A stretch of DNA of 64,000 nt, taken from positions 288,001-352,000 of the forward strand of contig JBFWNU010000001.1 in NCBI GenBank assembly GCA_050250895.1, written 5' to 3'. The stretch is from Vulcanimicrobiota bacterium (lineage in GTDB: Bacteria > Vulcanimicrobiota > Xenobia > Xenobiales > JADMJV01). Shown piece by piece: positions 33,626 through 43,447 of this stretch. Each line of letters opens with the position of its first letter. Position 1 is the first letter of the stretch. The notes under the pieces were generated by a model that was given only the letters and a program-made list of their open reading frames with translations, was not told the DNA's origin and did not search any database. The position numbers were made by a program, and so were the translations under genes.

Positions 33626-36000
33626 GCCTCTCCGAGCAGGCTCAATCTCTGTGCAATAGTCTCATCCGGGCGCTGCGCGAAGAATATCGCGACGGCTTGC
33701 GCGGACGCCGCGGGGTCGACCAGGTTTTGGAGCGCTGGTCGGTCGAGGTGCAAAAGCTCGAGAGCGAAGAATCCCGCCTGCTCATGAGCACCGTGCGCCC
33801 TTTAAGTCGAGGCTATCTGCAGTTGAGTCAGGGCGAGCGCCAGCACGTGGTGGTTCAGGTGGGCCAGGACCTGGGGCGCCTGGCCGGCATCGAGCGTCCT
33901 CGGGCCCAGACCACCGTGGCCCACCCCCCCGCCGGGACCCCCAAACTGGGGCTAGACTCAGACGTTCAGTATCTCAAGGGGGTCGGACCTCGCATGGCCG
34001 GTCTGCTCAAGCGCCTCAACATCAGTACCGTGGGCGATCTGCTCGAGCATCTGCCCCGGCGCTGGGAGGACCGTACCAATTTTCGCCAGATCCGCCAACT
34101 ACGTGACGGCGCCGTCGAGATCGTGCGGGGCGTATTGGGGGCCTTCACCAAGAAAGAACCGCGCCGGGGGCTGTCGATTCTCAATGCGGAACTGTCGGAT
34201 GCCACCGGCACCGTGCAGTTGACCTTTTTCAATCAGCGCCACCTGGCCAAGCAGCTGTGTCCCGGCCAGGAGGTGGTGGCGGTGGGCAAGGTCGAGCGAA
34301 AATTTCACCAGACCCAGATGACAGCCCCTGAAATCGAGCCGGTCAGCGAAGCCGGCATTCACACCGGGCGCATTATTCCCGTCTATCCGCTCACCGGCTC
34401 GTTGTCGCAGAAGTGGATCCGCAAGGTCCAATTCGGCGTGGTGCCCACCTATGCGCAAAAATCGGTCGATCCGCTGCCATCGAGCCTGTTGGCCAGGCGA
34501 AGCCTTCCGCCCCGCCCTGACGCGCTGCTGGAGTATCACTGGCCCAGCAATCACGACCGCCACGAGCAGGCCCGCCTGAGGCTGGCCTTTGAAGAGCTGT
34601 TTTTGCTCCAGGTCGAGATCGCCCAGGCTCGCGCCACTCGAGAGCTCGACCCGCGCACCGTCCACTACGACTTCGCGGCCATTGCCCCGGCCAATTTTGA
34701 AGAACTGCTGCCCTTTGCCCCGACCGGCGCCCAGCGTCGAGTGATGGCTGAAGTGGTCCAAGACCTGGGACGCGATGCTCCGATGAATCGGTTGCTGCAG
34801 GGCGATGTGGGAGCCGGCAAGACCGTCATTGCGGCCTTCGCCGCCTGGTGCGCCATCAAGAGCGGCTATCAGGCCGCCATCATGGCTCCCACCGAGATCC
34901 TGGCCGAACAACATTTTCACAAGCTATCGGCCATGCTCGAGCCGGCCGGCTTCAAGGTGGGCCGCCTGTCGGGCAGTCTGCGCAAGAAAGCCAAGCTCGA
35001 GGTGTATGCGCAACTGGCGGCGGGCGAGCTTGACCTGGTGGTAGGCACCCATGCTCTGATCCAGGAGGGAGTGGAATTCGACCGGCTGGGCCTGGTGGTG
35101 GTCGACGAACAGCACAAATTCGGCGTTATGCAGCGCACCGTGCTGCGCCAGAAAGGCCACCGCGGCAACCCCGATCTGCTGGTCATGACGGCCACTCCCA
35201 TCCCCCGCACCCTGGCCCTGACGCTTTACGGCGATCTGGAGGTTTCGCGTCTCGACGAGCTACCCCCGGGGCGCCAGCCCATTCGCTCGGAATCGGTGCC
35301 GTTTTCAGAGCGCAAGCGAGTCTATGAAGAGATTCGGGCCCAGATTCGCGAGGGTCGCCAGGCCTATATCATCTGCCCACTGGTGGAAGAGACCGAAAAG
35401 GTCGAAGCTACCGCCGCGGTGGAAGAGGCCGAGGTGGTCCAGCAAAGGGTCTTTCCCGAGTTCTCGGTGGCCCTGCTCCACGGCAAAATGAAGGCCGCCG
35501 AAAAAGAGGCGGTGATGGAGGCCTTTCGCAGCGGCCAGCATCAGATTCTCATCTCCACCACCGTCATCGAGGTCGGAGTCGACGTACCCAACGCCACCGT
35601 CATGCTGGTGCAAGACGCCAATCGCTTTGGTCTGGCCCAACTGCACCAATTGCGGGGCCGGGTCGGGCGCGGCGCCCATGCCTCGCGCTGCATCTTCATG
35701 GGAGACGCCAAGAGTGCCGATTCGCGACGGCGTCTGGAGGCTATCGCCCGTATGTCCGACGGCTTTGAGGTGGCCGAAGAAGACCTGCAAATTCGCGGCC
35801 CCGGCGACTTCTACGGCTTTCGCCAGTCGGGCTTTCCCGAACTCAAGGTGGCCGATCTGCTGCGCGACCAACCCCTGCTCGAAGAAGCGCGCCATGAGGC
35901 GCGGGCCCTGCTCGCAGCCGATCCCGAACTCGAGCGGCATCCCAACCTCAAGGCTCACCTCGAGGCCCGCTCGCTGCGCACGGCGGAGCTCGTCCATTGA
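33622..36000 (+). CDS. recG: ATP-dependent DNA helicase RecG
   Basis: GTG start overlapping the plsX stop; QGDVGAGKT, DEQHKFG, MTATPIPRT, QLHQLRGRVGR. Confidence 0.96.
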   Translation: MSLSEQAQSLCNSLIRALREEYRDGLRGRRGVDQVLERWSVEVQKLESEESRLLMSTVRPLSRGYLQLSQGERQHVVVQVGQDLGRLAGIERPRAQTTVAHPPAGTPKLGLDSDVQYLKGVGPRMAGLLKRLNISTVGDLLEHLPRRWEDRTNFRQIRQLRDGAVEIVRGVLGAFTKKEPRRGLSILNAELSDATGTVQLTFFNQRHLAKQLCPGQEVVAVGKVERKFHQTQMTAPEIEPVSEAGIHTGRIIPVYPLTGSLSQKWIRKVQFGVVPTYAQKSVDPLPSSLLARRSLPPRPDALLEYHWPSNHDRHEQARLRLAFEELFLLQVEIAQARATRELDPRTVHYDFAAIAPANFEELLPFAPTGAQRRVMAEVVQDLGRDAPMNRLLQGDVGAGKTVIAAFAAWCAIKSGYQAAIMAPTEILAEQHFHKLSAMLEPAGFKVGRLSGSLRKKAKLEVYAQLAAGELDLVVGTHALIQEGVEFDRLGLVVVDEQHKFGVMQRTVLRQKGHRGNPDLLVMTATPIPRTLALTLYGDLEVSRLDELPPGRQPIRSESVPFSERKRVYEEIRAQIREGRQAYIICPLVEETEKVEATAAVEEAEVVQQRVFPEFSVALLHGKMKAAEKEAVMEAFRSGQHQILISTTVIEVGVDVPNATVMLVQDANRFGLAQLHQLRGRVGRGAHASRCIFMGDAKSADSRRRLEAIARMSDGFEVAEEDLQIRGPGDFYGFRQSGFPELKVADLLRDQPLLEEARHEARALLAADPELERHPNLKAHLEARSLRTAELVH

Positions 36001-36473
36001 GTGCTCCCAAGGTGCGACCCACCACCGCCAAGGTGCGCGAGTCGTTGATGGCCATTCTGGCCGATCAGCTCGAGGGGGCCCGGGTACTCGATCTGTTCGC
36101 TGGGAGTGGCTCGCTGGGTCTGGCCAGTCTCGGCGAAGGGGCTAGCGAGGTGGTCTTTGTCGAGGGCGACCCCAAAGTGGCTCAACAGTTGCGGGCTCGC
36201 CTGACGCCGGCCTGTCGCCTGGTCACCGGCAAGCTGCCCCAAGCGCTCGGCCGAGTCAAGGGCACTTTCGACGTGGTGCTGGCTGACCCACCTTATGATG
36301 CTCCCCAGGGCCCTCGCTGCTTGGAACGACTGGGCCCGTTGCTGAACCCGGCCGCGGTGGCCGTGTTCGAACACCACCACAAGCAGGACTATCCCGAAGC
36401 GATGGGAGGACTGGAACTGTATCGCCGCGAGCGTCACGGCGAGACGGCCCTGTCCTTCTATCGACAGACGTGA
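35997..36473 (+). CDS. rsmD: 16S rRNA m2G966 methyltransferase RsmD
   Basis: RPTTAKVRE, LDLFAGSGSLG, DPPY; lies directly after recG. Confidence 0.9.
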   Translation: MSAPKVRPTTAKVRESLMAILADQLEGARVLDLFAGSGSLGLASLGEGASEVVFVEGDPKVAQQLRARLTPACRLVTGKLPQALGRVKGTFDVVLADPPYDAPQGPRCLERLGPLLNPAAVAVFEHHHKQDYPEAMGGLELYRRERHGETALSFYRQT

Positions 36474-36483
36474 AGGAGCGACT

Positions 36484-37674
36484 ATGCGCCGGTACCTGGC
36501 CATCCTCTGGCTGACCCTCTGGCTGGGTTGTAACCCTACGCCCCCAGCCCACACCGAGGCCACCCCCTCGGCCACTCCGAGCCCGGCCAAGCTGGTGCAG
36601 AATTCGCCGATCCAACCGGCTCCCGAGGGATATCTGGTGATCAAGCCGGGCCCGGATTGGTGGCGCCAGTTAGAGGGCGCCGAGCTGGCTAAGGGGGTCT
36701 ATCTCGAGCCGGGTACCTACAAACTCGACCAGGCTCTGATGCTGGTGGGTGACGCCCGCATTCAGGGGGCCGGAATTTTGCACACTCGCATCGTGAGCAC
36801 CAGTAGCCGCATGGCCCTGGGCTTTGCCCAGGGAGGCAAGGTGGAGTTGAGTCACCTGACCATCGAGCACCAGGGAGACAAGCCCGCCAATGTGGTCGAC
36901 ATCGAGGCCGAGAGCCTCACCATGATGGCCTGCGCTTTGAGGAATGGCGCCGCTCCCGAGGATACCCTCGAGGCCGGCAACGGCCTGGTGCTGCGCGGTA
37001 AGACCAAAGCCTCGCTTGAACTGTGCGAATTTAGCGGCAATCGTTCGTGCGGGGTGTATCAACTTGGCCAGAGCAACGTTGTAGCCAAGCACTGCCAGGC
37101 CTTCGACAATCAGCTGTCCGGATGGCTCGGAGACGAGAGCTCCGTGCTCGACATCCAGCAGAGCGAAGTCTATGAAAACGCTCGCAACGGCCTGGATTGG
37201 GCCGGCGGAAAGCTCACCTCCACCAAGACCAAATGCAGCCAGAATGCCGCCACCGGAATTTTGGCCACCGAAGAAACCTCGGCCACGCTTCACGAGAACG
37301 AGTGCAGCCACAATGGTCAGCATGGCATCCAGATCGGGGGTGGCTACCAGCTGGTCGGCAATACGTGCTCGCACAACGCCGAGCTGGGCATCAATCTAGA
37401 CGGCGACCAGACCGGTCTGGTCAAAGGCAACCAGTGCCAACAGAACGCCCTGCATGGGATCGAGGTCGGAGAGCAAGCCACTCCTGAACTCACCGGCAAT
37501 CGGCTGGTCAAGAACACCATCGCCGGGCTGTCCTACTACCAACAAGCGGCCGGCAAGGCCTCAGGCAACGTCATTTCAGACAATGGCCGGGCGGCCATCG
37601 TGATCGAGGCCCCCGCTAATCCCGAACTGGGAGAGAACACGCTCAGTGGCGCGGTCGAGCGAACTCAGCCGTGA
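36484..37674 (+). CDS. Lipoprotein with right-handed parallel beta-helix repeats
   Basis: Lipobox WLGC; repeated N-x-C-x-x-N-x-x-x-GI units. Confidence 0.85.
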   Translation: MRRYLAILWLTLWLGCNPTPPAHTEATPSATPSPAKLVQNSPIQPAPEGYLVIKPGPDWWRQLEGAELAKGVYLEPGTYKLDQALMLVGDARIQGAGILHTRIVSTSSRMALGFAQGGKVELSHLTIEHQGDKPANVVDIEAESLTMMACALRNGAAPEDTLEAGNGLVLRGKTKASLELCEFSGNRSCGVYQLGQSNVVAKHCQAFDNQLSGWLGDESSVLDIQQSEVYENARNGLDWAGGKLTSTKTKCSQNAATGILATEETSATLHENECSHNGQHGIQIGGGYQLVGNTCSHNAELGINLDGDQTGLVKGNQCQQNALHGIEVGEQATPELTGNRLVKNTIAGLSYYQQAAGKASGNVISDNGRAAIVIEAPANPELGENTLSGAVERTQP

Positions 37675-38385
37675 TTACTTGAACTCGCCGGTCACGGCCT
37701 CATCGGCGATGTTGAGGTGCTTCTCGAGCTGCTGCTCGAGATAGTAGGCCTCGTTGACGTTGTGCAGGCCGCTCAGGATGCTGACTCGATCGCCGTTGGC
37801 CAACAGACAGCACAACTCATAAGAGCGGCTGCCCTTGTTGCCGATGTGCTGAACCACGAAAAACTGCTTGAGTTCGTTGGTGCGAAGCTTCTTGCCCCCA
37901 GGCCAGGGCAGGGGCCCGTGCCACACCTCGAAATCCATCGAGTCGACCTTTAGCTCGGAACGATTGAAGAAGCCCGTGATGACGGTGTAGCTCAACAAAA
38001 CCCCCACGGCCACATGCAATAGCGGAAACAGCAGCATGGCGAGCGGTGGATTCTTAGCCGAAAAGGCCAGACTATACCACACGATGAGAAAGCCGTCCCA
38101 GAACACGCAGAAGAACAGCAGGGCGAAAATCTGGGGCGAGAACCAGCGCCTGGTGAAGGTGATGTCGCGACCGCGCGGCGTGCTGACGATCGACGACGGA
38201 CAGGCAGCCTCGGCTCGTTTGGGGACCGGCGTAGCGGCAACCCCCCCGCCACTCGAAGCCGGTAGCTGCTCGGAGCAGTCGAAGAGGTCGTCGCAAACGC
38301 GACAGCGCCCCACCAGACGGTCGAGGTTAACGTCTTCGGAGCCGATGCGGCCACCACAATTGGGACAACGAATAGAAATGCTCAC
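37675..38385 (-). CDS. Zinc-ribbon membrane protein
   Basis: CPNCG...CRVC; two TM segments (FCVFWDGF, FPLLHVAVG). Confidence 0.8.
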   Translation of the reverse strand: MSISIRCPNCGGRIGSEDVNLDRLVGRCRVCDDLFDCSEQLPASSGGGVAATPVPKRAEAACPSSIVSTPRGRDITFTRRWFSPQIFALLFFCVFWDGFLIVWYSLAFSAKNPPLAMLLFPLLHVAVGVLLSYTVITGFFNRSELKVDSMDFEVWHGPLPWPGGKKLRTNELKQFFVVQHIGNKGSRSYELCCLLANGDRVSILSGLHNVNEAYYLEQQLEKHLNIADEAVTGEFK

Positions 38386-38418
38386 CGTAATTACTTCCCG
38401 TTGGTGACCCTGTGCCCT

Positions 38419-38709
38419 CTAGCGGTTAAGCCACCAGATGATGCCAGAGATGCCGAGCATCACCGCCAGCCCGATGCTGAGCGGCCCGGCGTTCTCGGGT
38501 TCGGCGTTGATAAAATAGCCGGTTCCGATGAGGGCCAGCATCACAATGAGCAACAGAAAGACCTTGATCAGCTTGCCCGACTTCTCGCGTTCGGCGACCT
38601 CTTGCTTGCGGGTCTCGTTGCGCTTGGCTTCGTGGCCCTTCTGATCGCCCAGGGCCTCTTCTAAAGCGTTGGTGTAAATGTTGTCGTATGCTGAAGAGCG
38701 TTTCTCCAC
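38419..38709 (-). CDS. Small membrane protein
   Basis: Two C-terminal TM segments; TATACT-N6-GTG. Confidence 0.7.
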   Translation of the reverse strand: MEKRSSAYDNIYTNALEEALGDQKGHEAKRNETRKQEVAEREKSGKLIKVFLLLIVMLALIGTGYFINAEPENAGPLSIGLAVMLGISGIIWWLNR

Positions 38710-38743
38710 CCGAACAGTATAGTAGATTCAAACTAGTCGAGCA

Positions 38744-39649
38744 ATGGGGGCTGCAGGTTGGACCCTCGAAAAGCAAGAATCCTCCGCGATGCAAAGCATC
38801 TTGAGCTGGGTAGGCACGATCATCCTGGTGGTTTTCGTGCATTTGATCGCCACTCCGATCCATGATTGGTTCCTCAATCGAAGCCGACCGCCCGAGGCTC
38901 CCACTCCCGAACGGGCGCCTATAAAACTCGAAACCTATCTCACCGCCGAAACGGTCAGTCACGAGCTGGAAATGCTTGACGATGAGCTGTGGACCTACAC
39001 CTGGGTCATGAAGGCTCAAGCCGACCCTCGCGATGTCTACGAGTTCTACCACCAGGCCTATCCAAAGGTAGAATTCATCAACGAATACGGCTTCTATCAG
39101 GCCGAGTTTCTGCCCGACGGAGCAGGCGAAGAAGAACTGGTGATGGTGGCCATCGGGCCTGATGAGGAAGAACCCGGCAAGACCGCTATCCATCTCGCCG
39201 AGAACAAGCGCGTAAAGGGCGGATTCGTGCCTCCCTACCGGGTCCTCTGGTGGAGTATCGCCCTGGTGCTCATCGTCGGATGGAACGTGCTGGTGGCCGT
39301 GCTCACCGGTCAGGCCTCGGTCGAGAAAGAGGGCGGCTCCGAACCGACGCCGTCGGGTCCTCCCACTCCGAACCTCCCGCCCCCACCGATGCCAACCCCC
39401 GCTCCCGTTCCTGAACCCGTGGCCGCCGGCCCCAGCGAAGCCGACCTGCGAGCCGAATTCACCGAGGCGATCCACTCAGGCCTGCGCGAGATGGGGCACC
39501 AGGTGGAAGAAAAAGAGCAACTGGTCATCTATCTGACTCGCCGCGGCCACCGGGAAGAAGTCGAACTCGACACGCTGTTTTTCATGTGGAAGAATCACGT
39601 CAACGACCGAGCCAAGATCGTGGCCAACTTCTTGAGCCAGCACAAGTAG
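38744..39649 (+). CDS. Hypothetical membrane protein with Pro-rich linker
   Basis: Two TM segments and PT repeats; start may be 38789. Confidence 0.7.
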   Translation: MGAAGWTLEKQESSAMQSILSWVGTIILVVFVHLIATPIHDWFLNRSRPPEAPTPERAPIKLETYLTAETVSHELEMLDDELWTYTWVMKAQADPRDVYEFYHQAYPKVEFINEYGFYQAEFLPDGAGEEELVMVAIGPDEEEPGKTAIHLAENKRVKGGFVPPYRVLWWSIALVLIVGWNVLVAVLTGQASVEKEGGSEPTPSGPPTPNLPPPPMPTPAPVPEPVAAGPSEADLRAEFTEAIHSGLREMGHQVEEKEQLVIYLTRRGHREEVELDTLFFMWKNHVNDRAKIVANFLSQHK

Positions 39650-39651
39650 GG

Positions 39652-40608
39652 CTAGTGGTTTCCGCAGTTGCAGCCGGCGGGATGCTGCTCGCCTGGGGCC
39701 AGGTTGCGGCCTAACACCGAGCCGGCGTGATAGCCGCTCTCGCCCCCGACCCGCAGGCCGTGCCACAAACCTTTGGCCAGAGCCACCGGCAGACCGACCG
39801 TCACTCCGGCAATCGAACCGGCCAGGCGTGAACCGGTGAACGAGGCCACCTTCTGGTGGACCTGGTGCCCCAGGCTGCCGAGCTTCTTTTCCAGGGGAGC
39901 CAGGCCGTGGATGGTGGCCGGCCCATAACGCTTTGCCAGCTTCTGGTTGAATTCGTTGGTCTGGCCGCGGCCGGCCACCGTTCCCAGCACGGCTCCAGCG
40001 GCCAGATGGGCCAGACCGAAGGCGGTGGCTCCGAGGGCCGCGCCAACCACGCCGCCGACTATGCCAAGAGCCGTCTGCAGAGCCGTGCGCTGGCTCTGCG
40101 AACTGGTCTGGCGAGGACCATGGTGGGTGACCAGAAAGCGCGTGGGAGCGGTGTGGTCCTGGCCGGGCCGGTCGACCACGCGAAAATGAACTTCGTCTTT
40201 GAGCATGCTGGTCCACTGTTGGGTGACCTGCTGGGCCTCTTCGGGTTTGCCCCCCGCATGCAGAGCTGCCGACCGGTCGACTAAACGCTTGAGTTCGGTC
40301 AGGCGTTCTTGATCGCCGTCGTGGTCGAACTCGAAGCGATCGGCCAGACGGTCCATGGGAGTGGTCATCACGGCTTCGCCGAACTGGCGCAGGTAAAAGG
40401 CCGCGCCCTCGCGATTGCAGCGCTGCAAACGAAGCACCCCGTCGAGACCGCCGGCTACCGGGCCATTCTGCTTGACCGTGGTTCGCATGTAGGCCGAGCA
40501 AGACGGGAAATAGAGGCAGTTCGATCCGTTTTCGGCGTTGAAGTCCTTGGAGATGTAGCGCTGATAAACTCGAACCGCGCCGTCTGCTATGCGTCCACCG
40601 ATGCTCAT
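39652..40608 (-). CDS. YidD-like domain fused to glycine-zipper hydrophobic region
   Basis: YQRYIS...CLYFPSCSAY...G...G...RLQRCN is the YidD signature; followed by GxxxG-rich helices. Confidence 0.75.
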   Translation of the reverse strand: MSIGGRIADGAVRVYQRYISKDFNAENGSNCLYFPSCSAYMRTTVKQNGPVAGGLDGVLRLQRCNREGAAFYLRQFGEAVMTTPMDRLADRFEFDHDGDQERLTELKRLVDRSAALHAGGKPEEAQQVTQQWTSMLKDEVHFRVVDRPGQDHTAPTRFLVTHHGPRQTSSQSQRTALQTALGIVGGVVGAALGATAFGLAHLAAGAVLGTVAGRGQTNEFNQKLAKRYGPATIHGLAPLEKKLGSLGHQVHQKVASFTGSRLAGSIAGVTVGLPVALAKGLWHGLRVGGESGYHAGSVLGRNLAPGEQHPAGCNCGNH

Positions 40609-40645
40609 GCAAGACTATCCTAGCCCGAGACTCTGAAATATCATT

Positions 40646-40676
40646 AAAAAACGGCGGCCCGTCGACCGCCGTTTTT
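40646..40676. terminator. Intrinsic terminator, potentially bidirectional
   Basis: AAAAAACGGCGG-N8-CCGCCGTTTTT. Confidence 0.75.
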
Positions 40677-40696
40677 CCTGAAGAATCGCCCTGGTT

Positions 40697-40963
40697 CTAG
40701 CTGTTGTTGCCGCTGCCGCAGAGGCAATAAAAGGCAGCTACACCGACGAACGCGGCCATGGCCACTTCGGTGAAGGTCATCTCTTTGTTGGCGTTAGGGC
40801 CCGAAAGAGCGGGATTGTTACCATAGATCGCGCCGGCGTCGAGGCTCTCGACACTGCCGGAATAGCCGTCGGTCTGGCTGCCGGCCTGGGGCGCGCTCTG
40901 AGAACTGGCGCTGCGGGCGTAAGCGGTCTGGGCCACGGAGGCCCCTGGGTTGATAGTGGACAT
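40697..40963 (-). CDS. Small tail-anchored protein, paralogue A
   Basis: GAGGAG RBS; shares GSVESLDAGAIYG-x-NPALSG...AAFYCLCGS with its neighbour. Confidence 0.8.
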   Translation of the reverse strand: MSTINPGASVAQTAYARSASSQSAPQAGSQTDGYSGSVESLDAGAIYGNNPALSGPNANKEMTFTEVAMAAFVGVAAFYCLCGSGNNS

Positions 40964-40998
40964 CGTGCTCTCCTCTGAATCTCTATGCTTGCAGCCTT

Positions 40999-41031
40999 AC
41001 TCTAAAAAACCAGTCTGAAATCAGGCTGAAA
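40999..41031 (-). promoter_or_regulatory. TTTCAG-N5-TTTCAG-N10-TAGAGT promoter
   Basis: Perfect hexamer repeat with 11-bp period. Confidence 0.7.
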
Positions 41032-41081
41032 AGCAAGAGGCGACCTGAGGCCGCCTGCTACATCTACCGTCTGCCGTCTGA

Positions 41082-41351
41082 CTACGAGTTCTGGTTCTGG
41101 CTACCACAGAGACAATAGAAGGCGGCGATGCCAGCGAAGGCCGCAATGGCGACTTCGCCGAAAGACATCTCTTTATCGCCGTTGGCCCCCGATAGGGCGG
41201 GATTGTCGCCATAAATGGCTCCGGCGTCCAGCGACTCTACGCTACCCGCGTAGCCGTCGTGGTGCACTTCTTGAGGGGTGGTGGCGCCCGAGGCGGCCCG
41301 AACGGGAGCGGTCTGGGCGACAGCGGCCCGAGCGTTGACAGTGTTGAGCAT
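41082..41351 (-). CDS. Small tail-anchored protein, paralogue B
   Basis: GGAGG RBS; tandem duplicate of 40697..40963. Confidence 0.8.
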   Translation of the reverse strand: MLNTVNARAAVAQTAPVRAASGATTPQEVHHDGYAGSVESLDAGAIYGDNPALSGANGDKEMSFGEVAIAAFAGIAAFYCLCGSQNQNS

Positions 41352-41390
41352 GGTTCATTCCTCCGCGCGTGTTTTTTTGTTCGCAGCCCA

Positions 41391-41423
41391 ACCGTAACGA
41401 GGCAAGCTGAAAACAGGCTGAAA
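41391..41423 (-). promoter_or_regulatory. TTTCAG-N5-TTTCAG-N10-TACGGT promoter
   Basis: Perfect hexamer repeat with 11-bp period. Confidence 0.7.
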
Positions 41424-41599
41424 AGATCCACCCGGGCGGGGGACCCTGAAAAACTACTCCTGGGAAAGTCGAACGTGGGCGCGGGAAATGAAGTTAGATG
41501 ACCTGTGACCTCCAGACTCAGTCTATGGGCCCGCCCTCAAAGCAAACTGAAAGCCGTCGTGAAGAAATTTTTCAGACCGCCTAGCTAGACTGTAGGGGC

Positions 41600-43003
41600 A
41601 TGCAACTTCAACCGGCGAATACTCGGCACTGGAACCTGGTGGGCTTTCTCGACGCCCGCAATCATGAACTCGACGCCCCCACTACCCGCGAGGCGGTCGA
41701 CTTCTTCCAGCACGCACCCGAGCAGACGGCCGTCAGCTTTCAGTTGGCCCGAAAGACCCGTTCGGCGGGCTGGCAGCGGACCGTGGGCAAGCTCGAGAAA
41801 TTGGTGTTGCCCGCGGCCGTGGTGGCGGTAGGAGCGGCCGCCTTCACCCTCGGTTTGCCAGCTCTGGTCACGGCCGGACTGGCGGTCGAGGCCATCGGCA
41901 CGGGAGTCATGGCCTGGCTCGACGGCAACAAGCGTCTGCAGTCGGTCGAGCGCAACGAAGCCTTCCACCAAGAGCCCGCCTGGAAAGGCGTCAAGTCGTT
42001 CGACCTGAACGCCCAGGCGGCGGCCGGACCGACTCGTCTGCCCGAGACGTCCAGGACCGAGCAGCCCTTCAACGACTTTCTGGGCGACAAGATGAAGGCT
42101 TATCCAGCTCGCTACACAGCCATGCTGGTGTCGGGCCACGGCGACGGTTATCGCAAAGTGGCCGGCCAGAAGCTCGAGGAAGTCGCCGAGACGCTGGCCG
42201 CCAATCGGCGCCAGACGGGCAAGAAGGTCGACCTGGTAGTGCTCGAGGCCTGCAAGATGGGCAACCTCGAGGGGCTGGCCAAGCTGGCCGAGGGAGCCCG
42301 CCTGGCCATCGTTTCTGAGGATGCCATCTGGGATGTGGGCCTGCCCTGGAAGCCCATTCTCGAGAAGATGGATGCGGGGCTTGATCCCGAACAACTGGGT
42401 CGAGCCATCGTGGCCACCAGCGGTGGCGTCGAGCACAAAGGCGAAGTCAAAATCCCCCAGATGGCCCTGATCGATCTCGAGAAGCTCGCCGGGCTCTGCG
42501 GTTCGGTCGAGAAGCTAGCCGCGCATTTGCAAGACGAAATCGAGGGCGGCCACAAAGAAAAGGTCCGGGCCGCTTTTGCCTCCACCCGCCATTTCCCCAG
42601 GGCTCCCGAGCCTCGAATGAAGGGTCTGCTGGGCCTGGGCGAGCGCCTCTATAACAAAGTCAAGCGGGACATCTTCTATCCAGATCTGGGCGATCTGGGT
42701 GGATTTCTCGATGGTCTCGACCGGGAATTCTCCGACCAGAAGATGCGCCAGGTCGTGGCCGAGGTGCGCCAGGGGCTGCAGACCTCGGTGGTCTCGAACC
42801 AGGTGCACCCCAGCTACGAGGGCCAGGCCCACGGCCTGTCCTTGCGTATGCCCAGCCCGATCCACTTCAAGGCTTACTATGGCAAACGCACCGGCTTAAA
42901 AGAGTGGAGCCAGGTGATCGACTCGATGCGGCCCTGGCGAGCCCGCTTTGGCAGCGCCCTGCTCGAGGGTGCCAGGTCGGTCTACGACCGGATTCGTCAG
43001 TAA
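41600..43003 (+). CDS. Clostripain-like (C11) cysteine peptidase
   Basis: VSGHGDG and VLEACKMGNLE (His/Cys dyad), IVSE, DLG, GLS; hydrophobic insert near the N-terminus. Confidence 0.75.
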   Translation: MQLQPANTRHWNLVGFLDARNHELDAPTTREAVDFFQHAPEQTAVSFQLARKTRSAGWQRTVGKLEKLVLPAAVVAVGAAAFTLGLPALVTAGLAVEAIGTGVMAWLDGNKRLQSVERNEAFHQEPAWKGVKSFDLNAQAAAGPTRLPETSRTEQPFNDFLGDKMKAYPARYTAMLVSGHGDGYRKVAGQKLEEVAETLAANRRQTGKKVDLVVLEACKMGNLEGLAKLAEGARLAIVSEDAIWDVGLPWKPILEKMDAGLDPEQLGRAIVATSGGVEHKGEVKIPQMALIDLEKLAGLCGSVEKLAAHLQDEIEGGHKEKVRAAFASTRHFPRAPEPRMKGLLGLGERLYNKVKRDIFYPDLGDLGGFLDGLDREFSDQKMRQVVAEVRQGLQTSVVSNQVHPSYEGQAHGLSLRMPSPIHFKAYYGKRTGLKEWSQVIDSMRPWRARFGSALLEGARSVYDRIRQ

Positions 43004-43314
43004 GGGATTGGCTCCCAGTTCCGTCGGGGTGGATAGCTCCTGCGAAAATCGTCGATGACTCGCTCGACCTCGAGGTAGCTCTTGGTTTTTCTAAGCTCCG
43101 GCAAGGACAGGCAGCGCCGGACCACGGCGTCGAGTTCCTTGGGCTGCAGTTCAGCCACCGCCTCCAGCACGTGAGCGTGACTGACACCGTCGAAGCTGTC
43201 CACCCCAAAACCGAGGCAAGTGAGCAACTTACACGGTAAATCGAGGCTGTGGACGGCGGCGAGGTTGGCGAGATCCTCGCCGGGCGTCCCCAAAAATGAG
43301 CCCGCGGCGCGCAC
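42997..43314 (-). CDS. Hypothetical protein
   Basis: Fills the gap between convergent and divergent genes; no recognisable motif. Confidence 0.4.
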   Translation of the reverse strand: MRAAGSFLGTPGEDLANLAAVHSLDLPCKLLTCLGFGVDSFDGVSHAHVLEAVAELQPKELDAVVRRCLSLPELRKTKSYLEVERVIDDFRRSYPPRRNWEPIPY

Positions 43315-43365
43315 GGGTCAAGCCTTGCAGCAAGGGGTTCGTGGCAAGACTCATCTTTCTATGCT

Positions 43366-43382
43366 AGTGTATCAAATACACT
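43366..43382. promoter_or_regulatory. Palindromic operator AGTGTAT-CAA-ATACACT
   Basis: Perfect 7-bp inverted repeat immediately after TATGCT, upstream of the CoA-transferase. Confidence 0.5.
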
Positions 43383-43447
43383 TATCCTGCCAACAAACCA
43401 TCCTGTTCGGCAAGTTTAAGGCCGCGCGGGCGCGAAGCCTCTGGCCC

